DNA of 64,000 nucleotides from Filifactoraceae bacterium (lineage in GTDB: Bacteria > Bacillota > Clostridia > Peptostreptococcales > Filifactoraceae), in contig JBGZSM010000069.1 in the NCBI GenBank assembly GCA_041853585.1, positions 867 to 64,866 of the forward strand, in the 5' to 3' direction. The translations under genes and the position numbers were made by a program. Position 1 is the first letter of the stretch. Every line of letters begins with the position of its first letter. The notes beneath the pieces are model-generated. The model did not search any database, was not told where the DNA came from, and saw nothing but the letters and a program-made list of their open reading frames with translations. Below are positions 18,819 to 28,932 of the stretch, piece after piece.

Positions 18819-19226
18819 TTAAAGTTTCTTCATTACAGCTTGTCCCGAGATGACCTCCGTCTGTCCATTATTAGTCGTTACTGTCGTCTTCATTACGACA
18901 ATCTGTTTGTCATCCCTTTTCGATAACACCTCTACCTCAGCCGTACATTCTTCACCGATATAAACCGGCTTCAGAAATTTCAGCTCTTGGCTCATATAAA
19001 TTGAGCCCTCTCCCGGAAGCTGCGTTCCAAGTGCGGAAGAAATCAGCGATGATACCAAAATACCATGCACGATATTCTTCTTGAAAAATGTTTTTTCGGC
19101 ATATTCTTTATCCAAGTGAATTGGATTTTTGTCCGTCGAAAGCTCCGCAAAATTTGCTACATCCTCTGCCGAAAAAGCTTTCGTAACCTGCGCCCTGTCA
19201 CCAACTTTAATGTCTACATAATTCAT
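18819..19226 (-). CDS. phaJ: MaoC-like (R)-specific enoyl-CoA hydratase
   Basis: SAEDV..FAELS.D.NPIHLD...A..T.F...IVHG hydratase motif. RBS ggaaggggg precedes the ATG at 19226. Confidence 0.7.
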   Translation of the reverse strand: MNYVDIKVGDRAQVTKAFSAEDVANFAELSTDKNPIHLDKEYAEKTFFKKNIVHGILVSSLISSALGTQLPGEGSIYMSQELKFLKPVYIGEECTAEVEVLSKRDDKQIVVMKTTVTTNNGQTEVISGQAVMKKL

Positions 19227-19766
19227 TAGATTACCCCCTTCCGTTTTTATTTTCAATTCATCTATTTTTTCAAAATGCTACCTACCTGCGTCTTGAATTG
19301 AAATCCCGATAAAAAATTCTATGATATATTTAAAAATATAGCTTGTTCTTGATTTATGTCATCAGCACTTAACGAGTTTATATAAATTTATTATACCCAT
19401 TCCAGCACAATTTTCAAACTAATTCGAAGAAACAATTTTGTTTTTATTCTTCATCAATCAAGTTTTTTAAAGTGATTTTTCATATATGGTTGAAGTATAG
19501 ACCTTATTTTTAAAAAAATCATATACTATGTTTGGTAAAATTGTAGATTTTACATAGATTTTTAATGTTCAATAAAATATTTCGACCGAATCTTATTAAA
19601 GTTTATCTCTTATAGACAAAAAGAGCCCCATCGCTCAGATAGGCTCTCCATTTTCGCTAAGGCGAATAAAAAATGAATTTTTACTCAGATAGAATTTTAA
19701 GTTTCAAACTCTCAGCGCAAACAAAACTCATCCTCAAGGATTTTTTGATTGTTTCTTGAAAGAGTT

Positions 19767-19782
19767 TCTTCCTATTATATAG
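19767..19782 (-). repeat. Partial copy (16 nt) of the ctatataataggaaga motif
   Basis: The plus strand reads tcttcctattatatag, the reverse complement of the motif core. It lies about 540 nt upstream of phaJ. Confidence 0.6.
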
Positions 19783-19927
19783 GCGGCTGAGAATCAAATC
19801 TCCATCTGAAATTTTTTCAAGCATTCTTTGGATTTTATAAATCGAAACATCAACCGCTCAATTTTAAAAGTTTTTCGCAGATGGCGAAACGCTTCTTGAA
19901 ATAAAATTCAAAATCAGCCTCAACCAT

Positions 19928-20716
19928 CTAAAGTAAAAAACGATAGACAAGTCCGATCAACAACAGATGCGCCGGATAGAAAATATAGAATATCCATTTG
20001 GAAAATGCGCTGTCGCTTCCTCGCTCCCCGTTGTAAAAAGAGAGCAGGATGATCGGCAATATCATCCCGAATTGCACAAAATGATATTCAAAAAAACTTT
20101 CCCAAGTGATTGCACCCTCAAACCCGAAATACCATGACTCAATCGGGTCCACAAGCGCATCCCAAAGTCCCTGACCGAAAAACAGCAGCAACAGATAGGC
20201 AAAAGCCTGCTTCTTAAAATCGCCGTAGTAATAATCAAACAACATAATCATCACAAAGCCGACGATTCCCCAGTCCGCCGTGAATGTCAAAAAACACATC
20301 AGCGCAATAATCATCCATTTGAGAATCGGATGCTGCATCTCACGCCGAATATGAATTGCCAACACCCCCATGAAAATCGTGTAGATTACATTCAGGTGCA
20401 GATAATCTCGATAATCGGAGCTTGGAATTTGCTCAAAGCAAAAAATAAACGGAAAGTAGCTGATGAGTGTAAAAATACCCAGCCGCATCAAATATTTTCG
20501 GATATCCCTCGTATGATGATAACCCTCGACCGCCGCGTAAAACATGACCGGCCCGGTGATGCGTCCGATAAAACGCATAACGATATAAAGCATCGTGCCA
20601 TAAGGCAAAAACACATGGGCGATATGGTCCAAAAGCATGGCAAAGATTGCAATATACTTCAGCGTATTCATCGACACCCCTGAATTTTGCGTTTTCAAAA
20701 CTGCATTTTCGCTCAT
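19928..20716 (-). CDS. TraX-family membrane protein
   Basis: LKYIAIFAMLLDHIAHVF...RFIGRITGPVMFY polytopic pattern, typical of TraX. Confidence 0.65.
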   Translation of the reverse strand: MSENAVLKTQNSGVSMNTLKYIAIFAMLLDHIAHVFLPYGTMLYIVMRFIGRITGPVMFYAAVEGYHHTRDIRKYLMRLGIFTLISYFPFIFCFEQIPSSDYRDYLHLNVIYTIFMGVLAIHIRREMQHPILKWMIIALMCFLTFTADWGIVGFVMIMLFDYYYGDFKKQAFAYLLLLFFGQGLWDALVDPIESWYFGFEGAITWESFFEYHFVQFGMILPIILLSFYNGERGSDSAFSKWIFYIFYPAHLLLIGLVYRFLL

Positions 20717-20844
20717 AAATCCTCCAAATGTTGTGCCCAATGTCCGCATCTGAAACGATGCCTACTTAGGAAAAAATCATCCCGAAAATTTTTCTAAATC
20801 TCTGTAACGACATCATAATCCATCGACCTCGACAAATCCAAGCT

Positions 20845-21357
20845 CTATTTCGGCTCCGGTCGCGGAATCGGGGTCGGCAATTTGTAAATCGGGTCGCCCG
20901 GAGGCGTCACATCTTTGTTCGGAACGGTAACATAGTACGCGTTATCTTTCAAATCAATGCTATATCCCATACTCTCTGCCAAAAATCGTACCGGCACATA
21001 GGTTCTTCCGTCAATCACAGTCGTATTGTAATTGGATGTAAGTTGTAAACTCATACCGTTGTGGTGTAAAATGACGGATTGGCTTTTGACATAAAACTCC
21101 AAAACACGCTGTGAAAACTTGTCTCGAAGATGAACAACTTTAGCTTGTCCTTCCGTCGAGAATCCCAATTCAAAACCGAGCGCTTCCGCAAAAGTTCTCA
21201 CTTCCATAAGCGATACGCCGTCATAGATGACGGTATTCACTTTGTTTGCTTTATTCTCATAATACAATACTTTTTCAACAGGCTTTTGCTTTGGTGCAGC
21301 CAAAGAAAGCGTTGGCAATAAAGTAACTAAAAGCATCGTCTTCAATATCTTTTTCAT
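20845..21357 (-). CDS. Secreted protein with copper-amine-oxidase N-terminal (stalk) domain
   Basis: Signal peptide, then two half-repeats (MEVRTFAEALGFEL and TYVPVRFLAESMGYSI) and a Pro-rich tail. Confidence 0.55.
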   Translation of the reverse strand: MKKILKTMLLVTLLPTLSLAAPKQKPVEKVLYYENKANKVNTVIYDGVSLMEVRTFAEALGFELGFSTEGQAKVVHLRDKFSQRVLEFYVKSQSVILHHNGMSLQLTSNYNTTVIDGRTYVPVRFLAESMGYSIDLKDNAYYVTVPNKDVTPPGDPIYKLPTPIPRPEPK

Positions 21358-21641
21358 ATAAACCTCCCTCTTTGTCTCTATCATACCATTCTTTAGATGA
21401 TTTCTCAATCCGCTTTTAAGTTCAGCACCTTGAGAAGCTTTCTAAAAATCAGTAAAACCAGTCTTTCGGTTTGATTTAAAATATAAAATTAAATTTTAAT
21501 GACAAGTTTTTGAAAAAGAAGCTTTCACGCAAAAATTTTTCTAAAAGAAAAACCGACCGCCACTCGCTAGAATTCGTCCAACGGTTGGGGTCGGTATATC
21601 TTTATAATCTCAAGCGATGCCGTCGTTCGCTTAAATTTTAT

Positions 21642-22631
21642 TTATGATTGTGTGCCGGATTTTACTTGCGTTCCTTCCGTTGTCTCCGTCTCTTCTTCCG
21701 GAAGCTCCACGATGCCTGACATCAGGCGGTCAATCAATTCGTATTTTGCCGAATCATCAACTAAGAAATAAGAAACATTCCCGATATATTCCGGCACGCC
21801 CGGCAGCATCACCCGCTCCATTTTGCTCGGGTCAAACTTGCCAAGCATCGCCGATGAAAGCTCCAGCATCTGCTTTTTGCTCATATTGGTTTCAACATTT
21901 TCTTCCAAAATATTGATATAGGTCGGAACATTGCTCACCATCGAAGGCGAAAGCACTTTTTCCATCAACAATTTTACAAAGCCCTGCTGAACATCGATTC
22001 GGCCGAGGTCACCGGTTTTATAACTTCGATATCGAAGATACTTGACTGCCTGCTCGCCATTCAAAGTCTGCACGCCACTTTTGAAATTGATTTGCAAGGC
22101 GCCATAATACATATTTTGCGGAATATCCACTTCAACCCCGCCCACAGCGTCCACAAGCTGAGTGACCGCATTGTAATCCACTTTTACATAATGATGAATC
22201 GGAATGTCCAGCAAGTCTGAAATCGTCTGAATCGCTAAATCCGTTCCACCGTAAGAATGTGCATGATTGATTTTGTCCAAGCCGTGCCCCGGAACATTCA
22301 CACGCGAATCGCGCGGGATGGAAAGCAAAAACGAAGTCTCCGTCTTAGGGTCAAAGCTGAACAACATAATCGTATCCGTTCTCGTTCCGCGCTGACCTTC
22401 CGTTTCACTCAGATGAAGAAAATCCACCCCCATGACCAAGATATTGACGCGCTCCTGCAACTGCGGCTCCGGAGCATTCTCCAAACTCTGAATATTATTA
22501 TCCATATTCTCCTGCATCTTCGCCTGGTGGTCACGCTCCAAATAGTAGCTGATGCCCGCGCCGAACATTACGGAAAAACCAAAAAACAAACCTAAAAATA
22601 AAATAATTCCTTTTCTAAAACTCTTTCTCAT
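21642..22631 (-). CDS. LCP (LytR-CpsA-Psr) family protein
   Basis: N-terminal transmembrane segment, then NILVMGVD...RTDTIMLFS...SIPRDS...KINHAHSYGG. Confidence 0.8.
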   Translation of the reverse strand: MRKSFRKGIILFLGLFFGFSVMFGAGISYYLERDHQAKMQENMDNNIQSLENAPEPQLQERVNILVMGVDFLHLSETEGQRGTRTDTIMLFSFDPKTETSFLLSIPRDSRVNVPGHGLDKINHAHSYGGTDLAIQTISDLLDIPIHHYVKVDYNAVTQLVDAVGGVEVDIPQNMYYGALQINFKSGVQTLNGEQAVKYLRYRSYKTGDLGRIDVQQGFVKLLMEKVLSPSMVSNVPTYINILEENVETNMSKKQMLELSSAMLGKFDPSKMERVMLPGVPEYIGNVSYFLVDDSAKYELIDRLMSGIVELPEEETETTEGTQVKSGTQS

Positions 22632-22761
22632 AAATGCCTCTTTCAATTAGGATTTGTACCCGTCCATTTTATCATAATATCGACCGTTCATACAATAAAA
22701 CTAAAGCGTTTTTCTTTTTGTCATTGAAATTTAACATTTTACAGTTGTCGAAGGATACAAG

Positions 22762-24453
22762 CTAATCAAAAAAACCGGAACGATCCTCACTGATGGTTTT
22801 TGCGACGCTTCGTCCTGCGCTGTCCAAACGAATAAGACCCTTGCTGATGGATGCGCTCAATCTTTCCGAAAAATGCAGCGAGGCGATAATGTCAAATCCC
22901 TTCGAGTTGATGGCGGAATTGGAAACGAAGGAAGGATAGAGCCTTCCCATCTCGGCGCTCACCTCGTCGGCAATCCCGAACAAGCCGGCAAATACCAAAT
23001 ATTCATCCCACAATTCCACTTCTCTTGTCTCGCGCTCTGCCAATAAAGTGAAGTCTTCCAAATATTTTTTGAAACCGAGCGCTTGGATAATCAGCTGCCT
23101 TCCGGTATCCGTCATTCGATATCCTCTCGTGCGCCCGTAGGTCGTATCCTCCCGTTGCACATAATATCCGTTTCGTTTACGAAATCCCAGTTCGCCACGC
23201 GCATCAACCGTTCGATACCAGTATTCCAATTTGTTGGTATTACGAGATGACCAGGCATCCATCTCCTTCGCCACCAAAACATTATCCACGCCCGATGCGC
23301 TCACGATTAAATCGAAAAGCTCCTTGGTCGATTGGTCATGAATCGGTGTATTGCGATTGATGACGAGCGAAATTTTTTCATTGGTTTCCCCTAATGCGCC
23401 GACCTTGATTTCTTTTTTTATTTCAATCGCATTGGCAAGCATCATTCGCAAAATATATGCATTGAGCACATTCTGCGGTGAAATGTATTCTCCGCCATTG
23501 GTCAGCGCAAACAGATTCTGCTCAATCGAGTGGTCCATCGGCACTCGGCGGTTGTAGTTGATATCCTTGTAATCAACTCCCCGATGGCGAAACTGATTCG
23601 CGAGCGGAATGCTCCAGCGACTCGCTGTTTTTTTGAGCAACAAGATGACAACGCAGACGACAATGACCTTGAGAAAAAATTTCACTGCCGGATGTAAACC
23701 GCTCTCTTCTTCCTCATAAATTTCCTCCGACATAAATTCGGAATACAAGGTGGAAAAACTTTTGTCCTCTATATACGACGGGTTGAGCCATCCTTTTTTG
23801 AAGCGGGCTAAAATTTTCATCGAATTCTCTACCGTCATCGGCTTTTCGGTGCTCGCTACAATCAAGCCGTTCTTCAGGCCGATATTTCCTTCAAAGCCAT
23901 CTTTCCACAGAATCGTGTTGGTGTCGAAGAAGCTTTTACCCTCCGCCGCTTTGTCACGAGAAATACTAATCGACGCCTGCTTCACATTGATTTTTTTGCC
24001 GAAGACATCCATCATAAATGCATCGCCATCCTTGTAAGCGCGTACGAAGTTGGTCAATGTATATTTGATTGTATATTGATGTCCCCCATAATTGTCCCTG
24101 CCCCAACGCAGCTTCCAATAATCATCGTCCGAATAAATACCGTTCCTCATCAACTTACTTTCAGCCGATCCATGGTGATCCCAATTTTTCTGAAATGAAT
24201 AGAGCTTTCCTCTTTCATTCTCCACGGTGAAATTTTGAATCTCCATCCCGGGCATTTTTTTAATCGGAATACTATATTCTCCGAATTCCTCAACGCCCAT
24301 TTTCCAAATCTGCGTAACCTCCACCGTTCCGTTATTATGTATCTTCATAAACACTTTGATATTGTCGATGGTTTCAGCGCCAAAAACATTCGTCGTCATC
24401 AGCATCAAAAACAAAAAAATAAAAACCCGAATCAATTTCGTCCATCTTCTCAT
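22762..24453 (-). CDS. DUF2207-like membrane protein
   Basis: Signal peptide, about 240 aa extracellular domain, a central transmembrane segment and a large C-terminal domain. Assigned from overall architecture only. Confidence 0.45.
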   Translation of the reverse strand: MRRWTKLIRVFIFLFLMLMTTNVFGAETIDNIKVFMKIHNNGTVEVTQIWKMGVEEFGEYSIPIKKMPGMEIQNFTVENERGKLYSFQKNWDHHGSAESKLMRNGIYSDDDYWKLRWGRDNYGGHQYTIKYTLTNFVRAYKDGDAFMMDVFGKKINVKQASISISRDKAAEGKSFFDTNTILWKDGFEGNIGLKNGLIVASTEKPMTVENSMKILARFKKGWLNPSYIEDKSFSTLYSEFMSEEIYEEEESGLHPAVKFFLKVIVVCVVILLLKKTASRWSIPLANQFRHRGVDYKDINYNRRVPMDHSIEQNLFALTNGGEYISPQNVLNAYILRMMLANAIEIKKEIKVGALGETNEKISLVINRNTPIHDQSTKELFDLIVSASGVDNVLVAKEMDAWSSRNTNKLEYWYRTVDARGELGFRKRNGYYVQREDTTYGRTRGYRMTDTGRQLIIQALGFKKYLEDFTLLAERETREVELWDEYLVFAGLFGIADEVSAEMGRLYPSFVSNSAINSKGFDIIASLHFSERLSASISKGLIRLDSAGRSVAKTISEDRSGFFD

Positions 24454-24549
24454 TGTTTTCTCCTTGCTCCCTTTTTAAGAATTCCTTCTAATTATACCAA
24501 ATCTCGTATCAAAAATAACATTCTTTTGACAAAATCTCATTTATTTGCA

Positions 24550-24583
24550 CATAAAAAGAGTAAAAAGCGCTGCTTTTTACTCT
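24550..24583 (-). terminator. Rho-independent terminator after the DUF1292 gene
   Basis: Perfect 12-bp stem (agagtaaaaagc / gctttttactct) followed by TTTTTAT on the minus strand. Confidence 0.7.
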
Positions 24584-24594
24584 TTGTTCGCAAT

Positions 24595-24897
24595 TTAAGC
24601 TTCGTCGTCCGGCATAAAATCTTCATCTCCGAAGATATCCCAAAACGCCTCCGTCACTTTGTCAAATTCCACATCGTCTTCAATGTTTTGAAGGTCGATT
24701 TCGTCATTCTCCAACTCCTGATATTTGTAAATCAATACTCTATCGTCATTTTCAGGAAGAAGCGCGATATACTCATTTCCTTCCACTTCAAAAATTCCAA
24801 TCACTTCACTTGGAAGCTCTTCTCCATTTTCCAGCGTGAGATTAAGCACAACCGGCTCATCATCCTCAAAATCTTTTTTAAAATCCTGATCGCTCAT
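24595..24897 (-). CDS. DUF1292 family protein
   Basis: 100 aa acidic protein with the pattern L.DE.G.E..FEV...FEVEG.EY.AL.P. Confidence 0.65.
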   Translation of the reverse strand: MSDQDFKKDFEDDEPVVLNLTLENGEELPSEVIGIFEVEGNEYIALLPENDDRVLIYKYQELENDEIDLQNIEDDVEFDKVTEAFWDIFGDEDFMPDDEA

Positions 24898-25066
24898 AAA
24901 CCCTCCTTATTCTTTTGGTTTTAACTTATTATATCATTACCGAACAATTTATTCAACAATCAGCACTTGGAAAAATCTGTAAATCAATCTATGGCGAATA
25001 TGGCGGATACCATAACGGCGGCTCGATTTCCTCAAGCTCAATTGGCGAAAACCATGCTCCGAGCTT

Positions 25067-25399
25067 TTAGAACGATTGTTTTTTTGTGAATTTTATTACC
25101 GCATACGAAAAAGCCGGATAAATGATTGCCATCATAGCTGCTGCCAAAATCATATATGACTCAGGACTGAAAATATATTTCAGTAATCCGGACCATCCGA
25201 TTGCAAAAGCTGCCGCCTTGGTAATCATATCGTCGTCCTCATAATCAAAATATGAAATAATCAATTTCCCCGCAAAATATCCTGCAGCTGCCATCCCTCC
25301 CCAATTTGCTAAAAGTCCGCTTCTCGTTGCAAGAAAGATGATTTGTCCCAGAATAGTCCTCCCAAAATAACAACCGATAATAAATAATGCCTTTTTCAT
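25067..25399 (-). CDS. Small membrane protein, unknown function
   Basis: 110 aa with three to four hydrophobic helices. Directly downstream of the acyl-AMP ligase gene. Confidence 0.45.
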   Translation of the reverse strand: MKKALFIIGCYFGRTILGQIIFLATRSGLLANWGGMAAAGYFAGKLIISYFDYEDDDMITKAAAFAIGWSGLLKYIFSPESYMILAAAMMAIIYPAFSYAVIKFTKKQSF

Positions 25400-25452
25400 T
25401 TTCTTCTCCTTCTTTAAAAGTTACATTTTCTAAAATTTGACCCTAATGGCTA

Positions 25453-26916
25453 CTATTGTTTCAATCTGTTATCCACCGAATCGACAAAGACTTCAAATTT
25501 TACAATTCGCTCCCGTTTCGGTGAATTGAGATTGTATTCCTCGATGATTTTTTTATAATCCGTCGGAGTTTCTTCCTTTATATATAGATGCGCACACAAA
25601 TCCTCTTTTTCCAAAAACACTTTCACCTTGTTGATGTTTGCACTTTTGGCTTGAATTCGATTTTCGACATCGTCGGGATAGATATTTTCCCCCTTACTCG
25701 TCAGCAAAGTGTTCTTTATTCTGCCCGTCAGATACAGATTGTTCTGTGCATCGATATAGCCGATGTCGCCGGTTTTGAAAAATCCGTCGACAAATGCTTG
25801 TCGGGTCGCCTCCGGATTGTTCATATATCCCAAAAATACATTGTCTCCTTTTACCAACAATTCGCCCTCTCCATTTTCATTCGGATTATCAATTTTGACG
25901 ATGATATCTTCAAAAATTGTGCCCACGCTCGATGGATCTCGACTGCCCGAGTATTCGATAGAAAAAGAAGATGCCGTTTCGGAAAGCGCGTAGGCGACCA
26001 ACAGATTAAGACCCGATTCTCGATAAGCCAGCCGAATCTTTTCGTCCAAATAAGCTCCCCCGGTGAACAAATATTTTGCTCTCTTGCCGAAAGCATTTGC
26101 CAGCTTGTTCAAATCGCCGGCACAAAAATCATAAATCGTTTTAAAAATCAGCGGCACCGCACAAAAAACTGTCGGCTCGACCTCAAGCAGCTCGGCGGCG
26201 ATATTTTCCGTCGCAGAGCTCAAATAAATCTGCATCCCGGAAATCAGCGAATAAATGAAATTATAGATGCCGCCATAGGTATGATGGAGCGGCAGGAACA
26301 GATAGCATACATCGCTCGTATCCATCGGCGCCCGCTTTTTCAAACTCTCCCATCCCGCAAAAATATTCCTCTGCGAAAGCATCACCGCCTTCGGAAAAGA
26401 AGTCGTTCCCGATGTCATCACGACCTTGACACATTCATCCATGCTCTTTTTCGCAAAATCAAAAATCGAATTTTTTCGTTGAGCGAGCTCTTTACCGATG
26501 CCTATCAGATTTTCCCAATCGTCCGTCGAATAATATTTTAAATCGGGAAATCTCTCTCGAATCGGTTCAATCACTTTCTTTTTTCGTGATGAAAAAATAA
26601 TTGCATCCGCTTCGAGTTTTTCAACAATATTTTCAATATCCTCGCACCGATACTCCTTGCTCAGCCCGATGCTGATGCCGACATAGCTCATAATTGCAAT
26701 ATCCGCAATCATCCACTCGATTGAATTTTCCCCATAGACGATGATTTTTTTACCGAGCAATCCATCTTTTATCAGCGTCTCCGCCAAATAAACCGCCTGC
26801 TCGATAAAATCCCCGAAAGTTATCGGGTAATAGATACCTTCTCTCTTTTGAAAAACAAATTCTCGTTCTCTCCACTTTTGATAATCTTCTGCAAGCAACT
26901 GCTCAAATCGCATCAC
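25453..26916 (-). CDS. AMP-dependent synthetase/ligase (fatty-acyl-CoA/AMP ligase-like)
   Basis: MTSGTTSFPKAV (TSGTTG.PK core), YALSETAS and FKTGDIGY motifs. ATGA overlap with the upstream GNAT gene. Confidence 0.8.
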   Translation of the reverse strand: MMRFEQLLAEDYQKWREREFVFQKREGIYYPITFGDFIEQAVYLAETLIKDGLLGKKIIVYGENSIEWMIADIAIMSYVGISIGLSKEYRCEDIENIVEKLEADAIIFSSRKKKVIEPIRERFPDLKYYSTDDWENLIGIGKELAQRKNSIFDFAKKSMDECVKVVMTSGTTSFPKAVMLSQRNIFAGWESLKKRAPMDTSDVCYLFLPLHHTYGGIYNFIYSLISGMQIYLSSATENIAAELLEVEPTVFCAVPLIFKTIYDFCAGDLNKLANAFGKRAKYLFTGGAYLDEKIRLAYRESGLNLLVAYALSETASSFSIEYSGSRDPSSVGTIFEDIIVKIDNPNENGEGELLVKGDNVFLGYMNNPEATRQAFVDGFFKTGDIGYIDAQNNLYLTGRIKNTLLTSKGENIYPDDVENRIQAKSANINKVKVFLEKEDLCAHLYIKEETPTDYKKIIEEYNLNSPKRERIVKFEVFVDSVDNRLKQ

Positions 26917-27977
26917 AACCCCCTTTTCAAAAGCACATATTCATATCTTTTTTCAATCAGCTCATTGACATAGCTCTGCGTAATTTTTCCATCCCGCTGC
27001 AGAGCGCCGATACTCCCCAGTCCTGATTCTTTCAGCTCATTCATAATGCTCTGCACCAACACTTTACCCAAGCCCTGATGCTCCGGCAACACGCCCATGT
27101 AGAGCATCACATACTCTGTGGGATTTTTTCGAAGCCGCAAAATGCGAAGGATGTTCAGCGGATTGCTCGTATGATAGACCGAATTGTTGTAATTCGGAAT
27201 GCTGATGTAAAATCCGACCGCCTTTCCCCGATAATATGCCATCTTCACCATGCGCAAATCGACAATGGATTTGTAGCTTGCAAAATAGGTGCAAAAATCC
27301 TTTTTGGTAATGCTTTTGTAAATCGGAAAATCTTGATAAAGAATCGTTATCAGCTCATGGATTTCCGCCATCGTCTTATCCCAATCCCGCATCGACGGAC
27401 TGACAATCTCATAGCCCTTTTGCACAAATTCATCATAACGGTTTCGGTACTTCTCCAGCTCAAAATCCTTCTCCACTCTTTTATATACCGACGAGATATA
27501 ATGCTCCGCCACCGCAAATCCGTTTTGCAAAAACAATCGCTCATAATACTTCGGATTGTAAGGCTCTCCGGTGTAAGCTCTTTCGTCAAACAGATTTGTT
27601 TTCAATCGGTAGCCAATCCAAAAAGACGCATTTACCGGTCCGAGAATTTGCTTGAATCCGCACGACTTGGCAAAGGCGACCGCCTGCTCGAACAAAAATT
27701 TCGCCACTTCGTCTTCATCGACACATTCAAAGAATCCCAAATAAGCCGTGTCGTCATTCGGATAGACGGTAAAAGCAAAACGCGCCACGATTTCATTTCC
27801 TCGATAGATGCAGAATTTATGTAAGACAAAATATTTGCTCAGCGGATGCTCGCCGAGCAGCAAAGACTTCAGCTCTTTGTCATTCTGCATATTGCCGGAG
27901 CTCTCGTAAATTTTTTTGCTCAAAGAAATAAAATCTCGAATATACTTTTTCTCATCGGTAAACTCAATGCATCTCAT
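26913..27977 (-). CDS. Long (~354 aa) GNAT-family acyltransferase, paralog of 10797-11867
   Basis: Same length class and the same YNPKYY motif. GNAT core MGVLPEHQGLGKVLV. RBS gggaggatggg. Confidence 0.6.
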   Translation of the reverse strand: MRCIEFTDEKKYIRDFISLSKKIYESSGNMQNDKELKSLLLGEHPLSKYFVLHKFCIYRGNEIVARFAFTVYPNDDTAYLGFFECVDEDEVAKFLFEQAVAFAKSCGFKQILGPVNASFWIGYRLKTNLFDERAYTGEPYNPKYYERLFLQNGFAVAEHYISSVYKRVEKDFELEKYRNRYDEFVQKGYEIVSPSMRDWDKTMAEIHELITILYQDFPIYKSITKKDFCTYFASYKSIVDLRMVKMAYYRGKAVGFYISIPNYNNSVYHTSNPLNILRILRLRKNPTEYVMLYMGVLPEHQGLGKVLVQSIMNELKESGLGSIGALQRDGKITQSYVNELIEKRYEYVLLKRGL

Positions 27978-28384
27978 CCCATCCTCCCGGCCCAAAAGCT
28001 CTTAGAGCTTCCGCCACTTTCCAGGCGTTTTTAATTTTTATTCATTGCTTGTGTTGTTCAATTCTATTATGCTGTTATCTTCCCGTTCTGTTCAGTTCCG
28101 CTCTGTTTTATTCTATTTTTTCTTTTCTTTTGTGTTATTCATCTTATCTTTTCAATTCTGTCTTGTTGTGTTGTGTTTAATTCTACTCTACTGTTCTATT
28201 TTCTTTTTTCTTTTTTTACTCTTTCTTTACTATATCACAAAGCAAATTTATTTTTCAAGTTGCAGCATATAAATTGAAACATCGTTTCAAACAACTTTTC
28301 ATTTTTCATTCCTAATCATATAAATCAAGAACGACAACATCCCATCCTGCCTCAAAAATTTTGCCATTAAAAAGCAATTTTGCA

Positions 28385-28421
28385 ATAAAAAACGGAAACT
28401 TCGACTCAACCGAAATTTCCG
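28385..28421 (-). terminator. Rho-independent terminator after rpiB
   Basis: On the minus strand, cggaaatttcg-gttgagt-cgaagtttccg is followed by TTTTTTATT. Confidence 0.65.
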
Positions 28422-28477
28422 CTTTCTAATTATTAAAGAATTCACTTGGGTTTTGCGAATCACAAATGATTTTTGTT

Positions 28478-28924
28478 TTATAACGCCTGTCCTTTGCTGA
28501 GCAAATCAATCTGCTCCACTCGCTTTTGATGTCTGCCGCCTTCGTAGTCCGTCTCAAGCCAAATTTTGACAATCATCTTCGCAAGCTCTTCTCCAATCAC
28601 TCGTGAGCCGAATGCCAAAATATTGGTGTCGTTATGCTCTCTGGAAAGTTTTGCCGAATACGGCTCACTGCAAACCACCGCACGAATGCCGTCTATCTTA
28701 TTGGCGGCGATTGAAATGCCGACCCCTGTTCCGCAAATCAAAATTCCTTTTTCACATTCTCCCGAGGTTACCGCTTTGGCGACCTTCTCAGCGTAAATCG
28801 GATAATCGGTGCGCTCTTCATTATGCGTTCCGAAATCCCGATATGCCACTCCCCATTCTTCAAGCTGCTTTATAATTTTTGATTTCATTTCATAACCGGC
28901 ATGGTCACTTCCTATTGCAATCAT
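28478..28924 (-). CDS. rpiB: Ribose-5-phosphate / allose-6-phosphate isomerase B
   Basis: MIAIGSDHAGYEMK...ILICGTGVGISIAANK...TNILAFG, the RpiB/LacAB pattern. Confidence 0.85.
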   Translation of the reverse strand: MIAIGSDHAGYEMKSKIIKQLEEWGVAYRDFGTHNEERTDYPIYAEKVAKAVTSGECEKGILICGTGVGISIAANKIDGIRAVVCSEPYSAKLSREHNDTNILAFGSRVIGEELAKMIVKIWLETDYEGGRHQKRVEQIDLLSKGQAL

Positions 28925-28932
28925 AACTCCTC

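Noticed and set aside
25588-26541. 317-aa plus-strand ORF. The same applies to 10938-11792, 50424-51293, 3355-4005, 6645-7280, 4110-4736 and 17655-18236.
   Set aside because: All are antisense shadow ORFs inside confidently assigned minus-strand genes. Their translations are R/I/F/L-rich with no motifs.
28045-28272. 75-aa ORF in the spacer upstream of the GNAT-ligase operon.
   Set aside because: It is a product of the polypyrimidine tract (a Phe/Leu/Ser/Cys-only peptide). It has no RBS and lies opposite to the local transcription direction.
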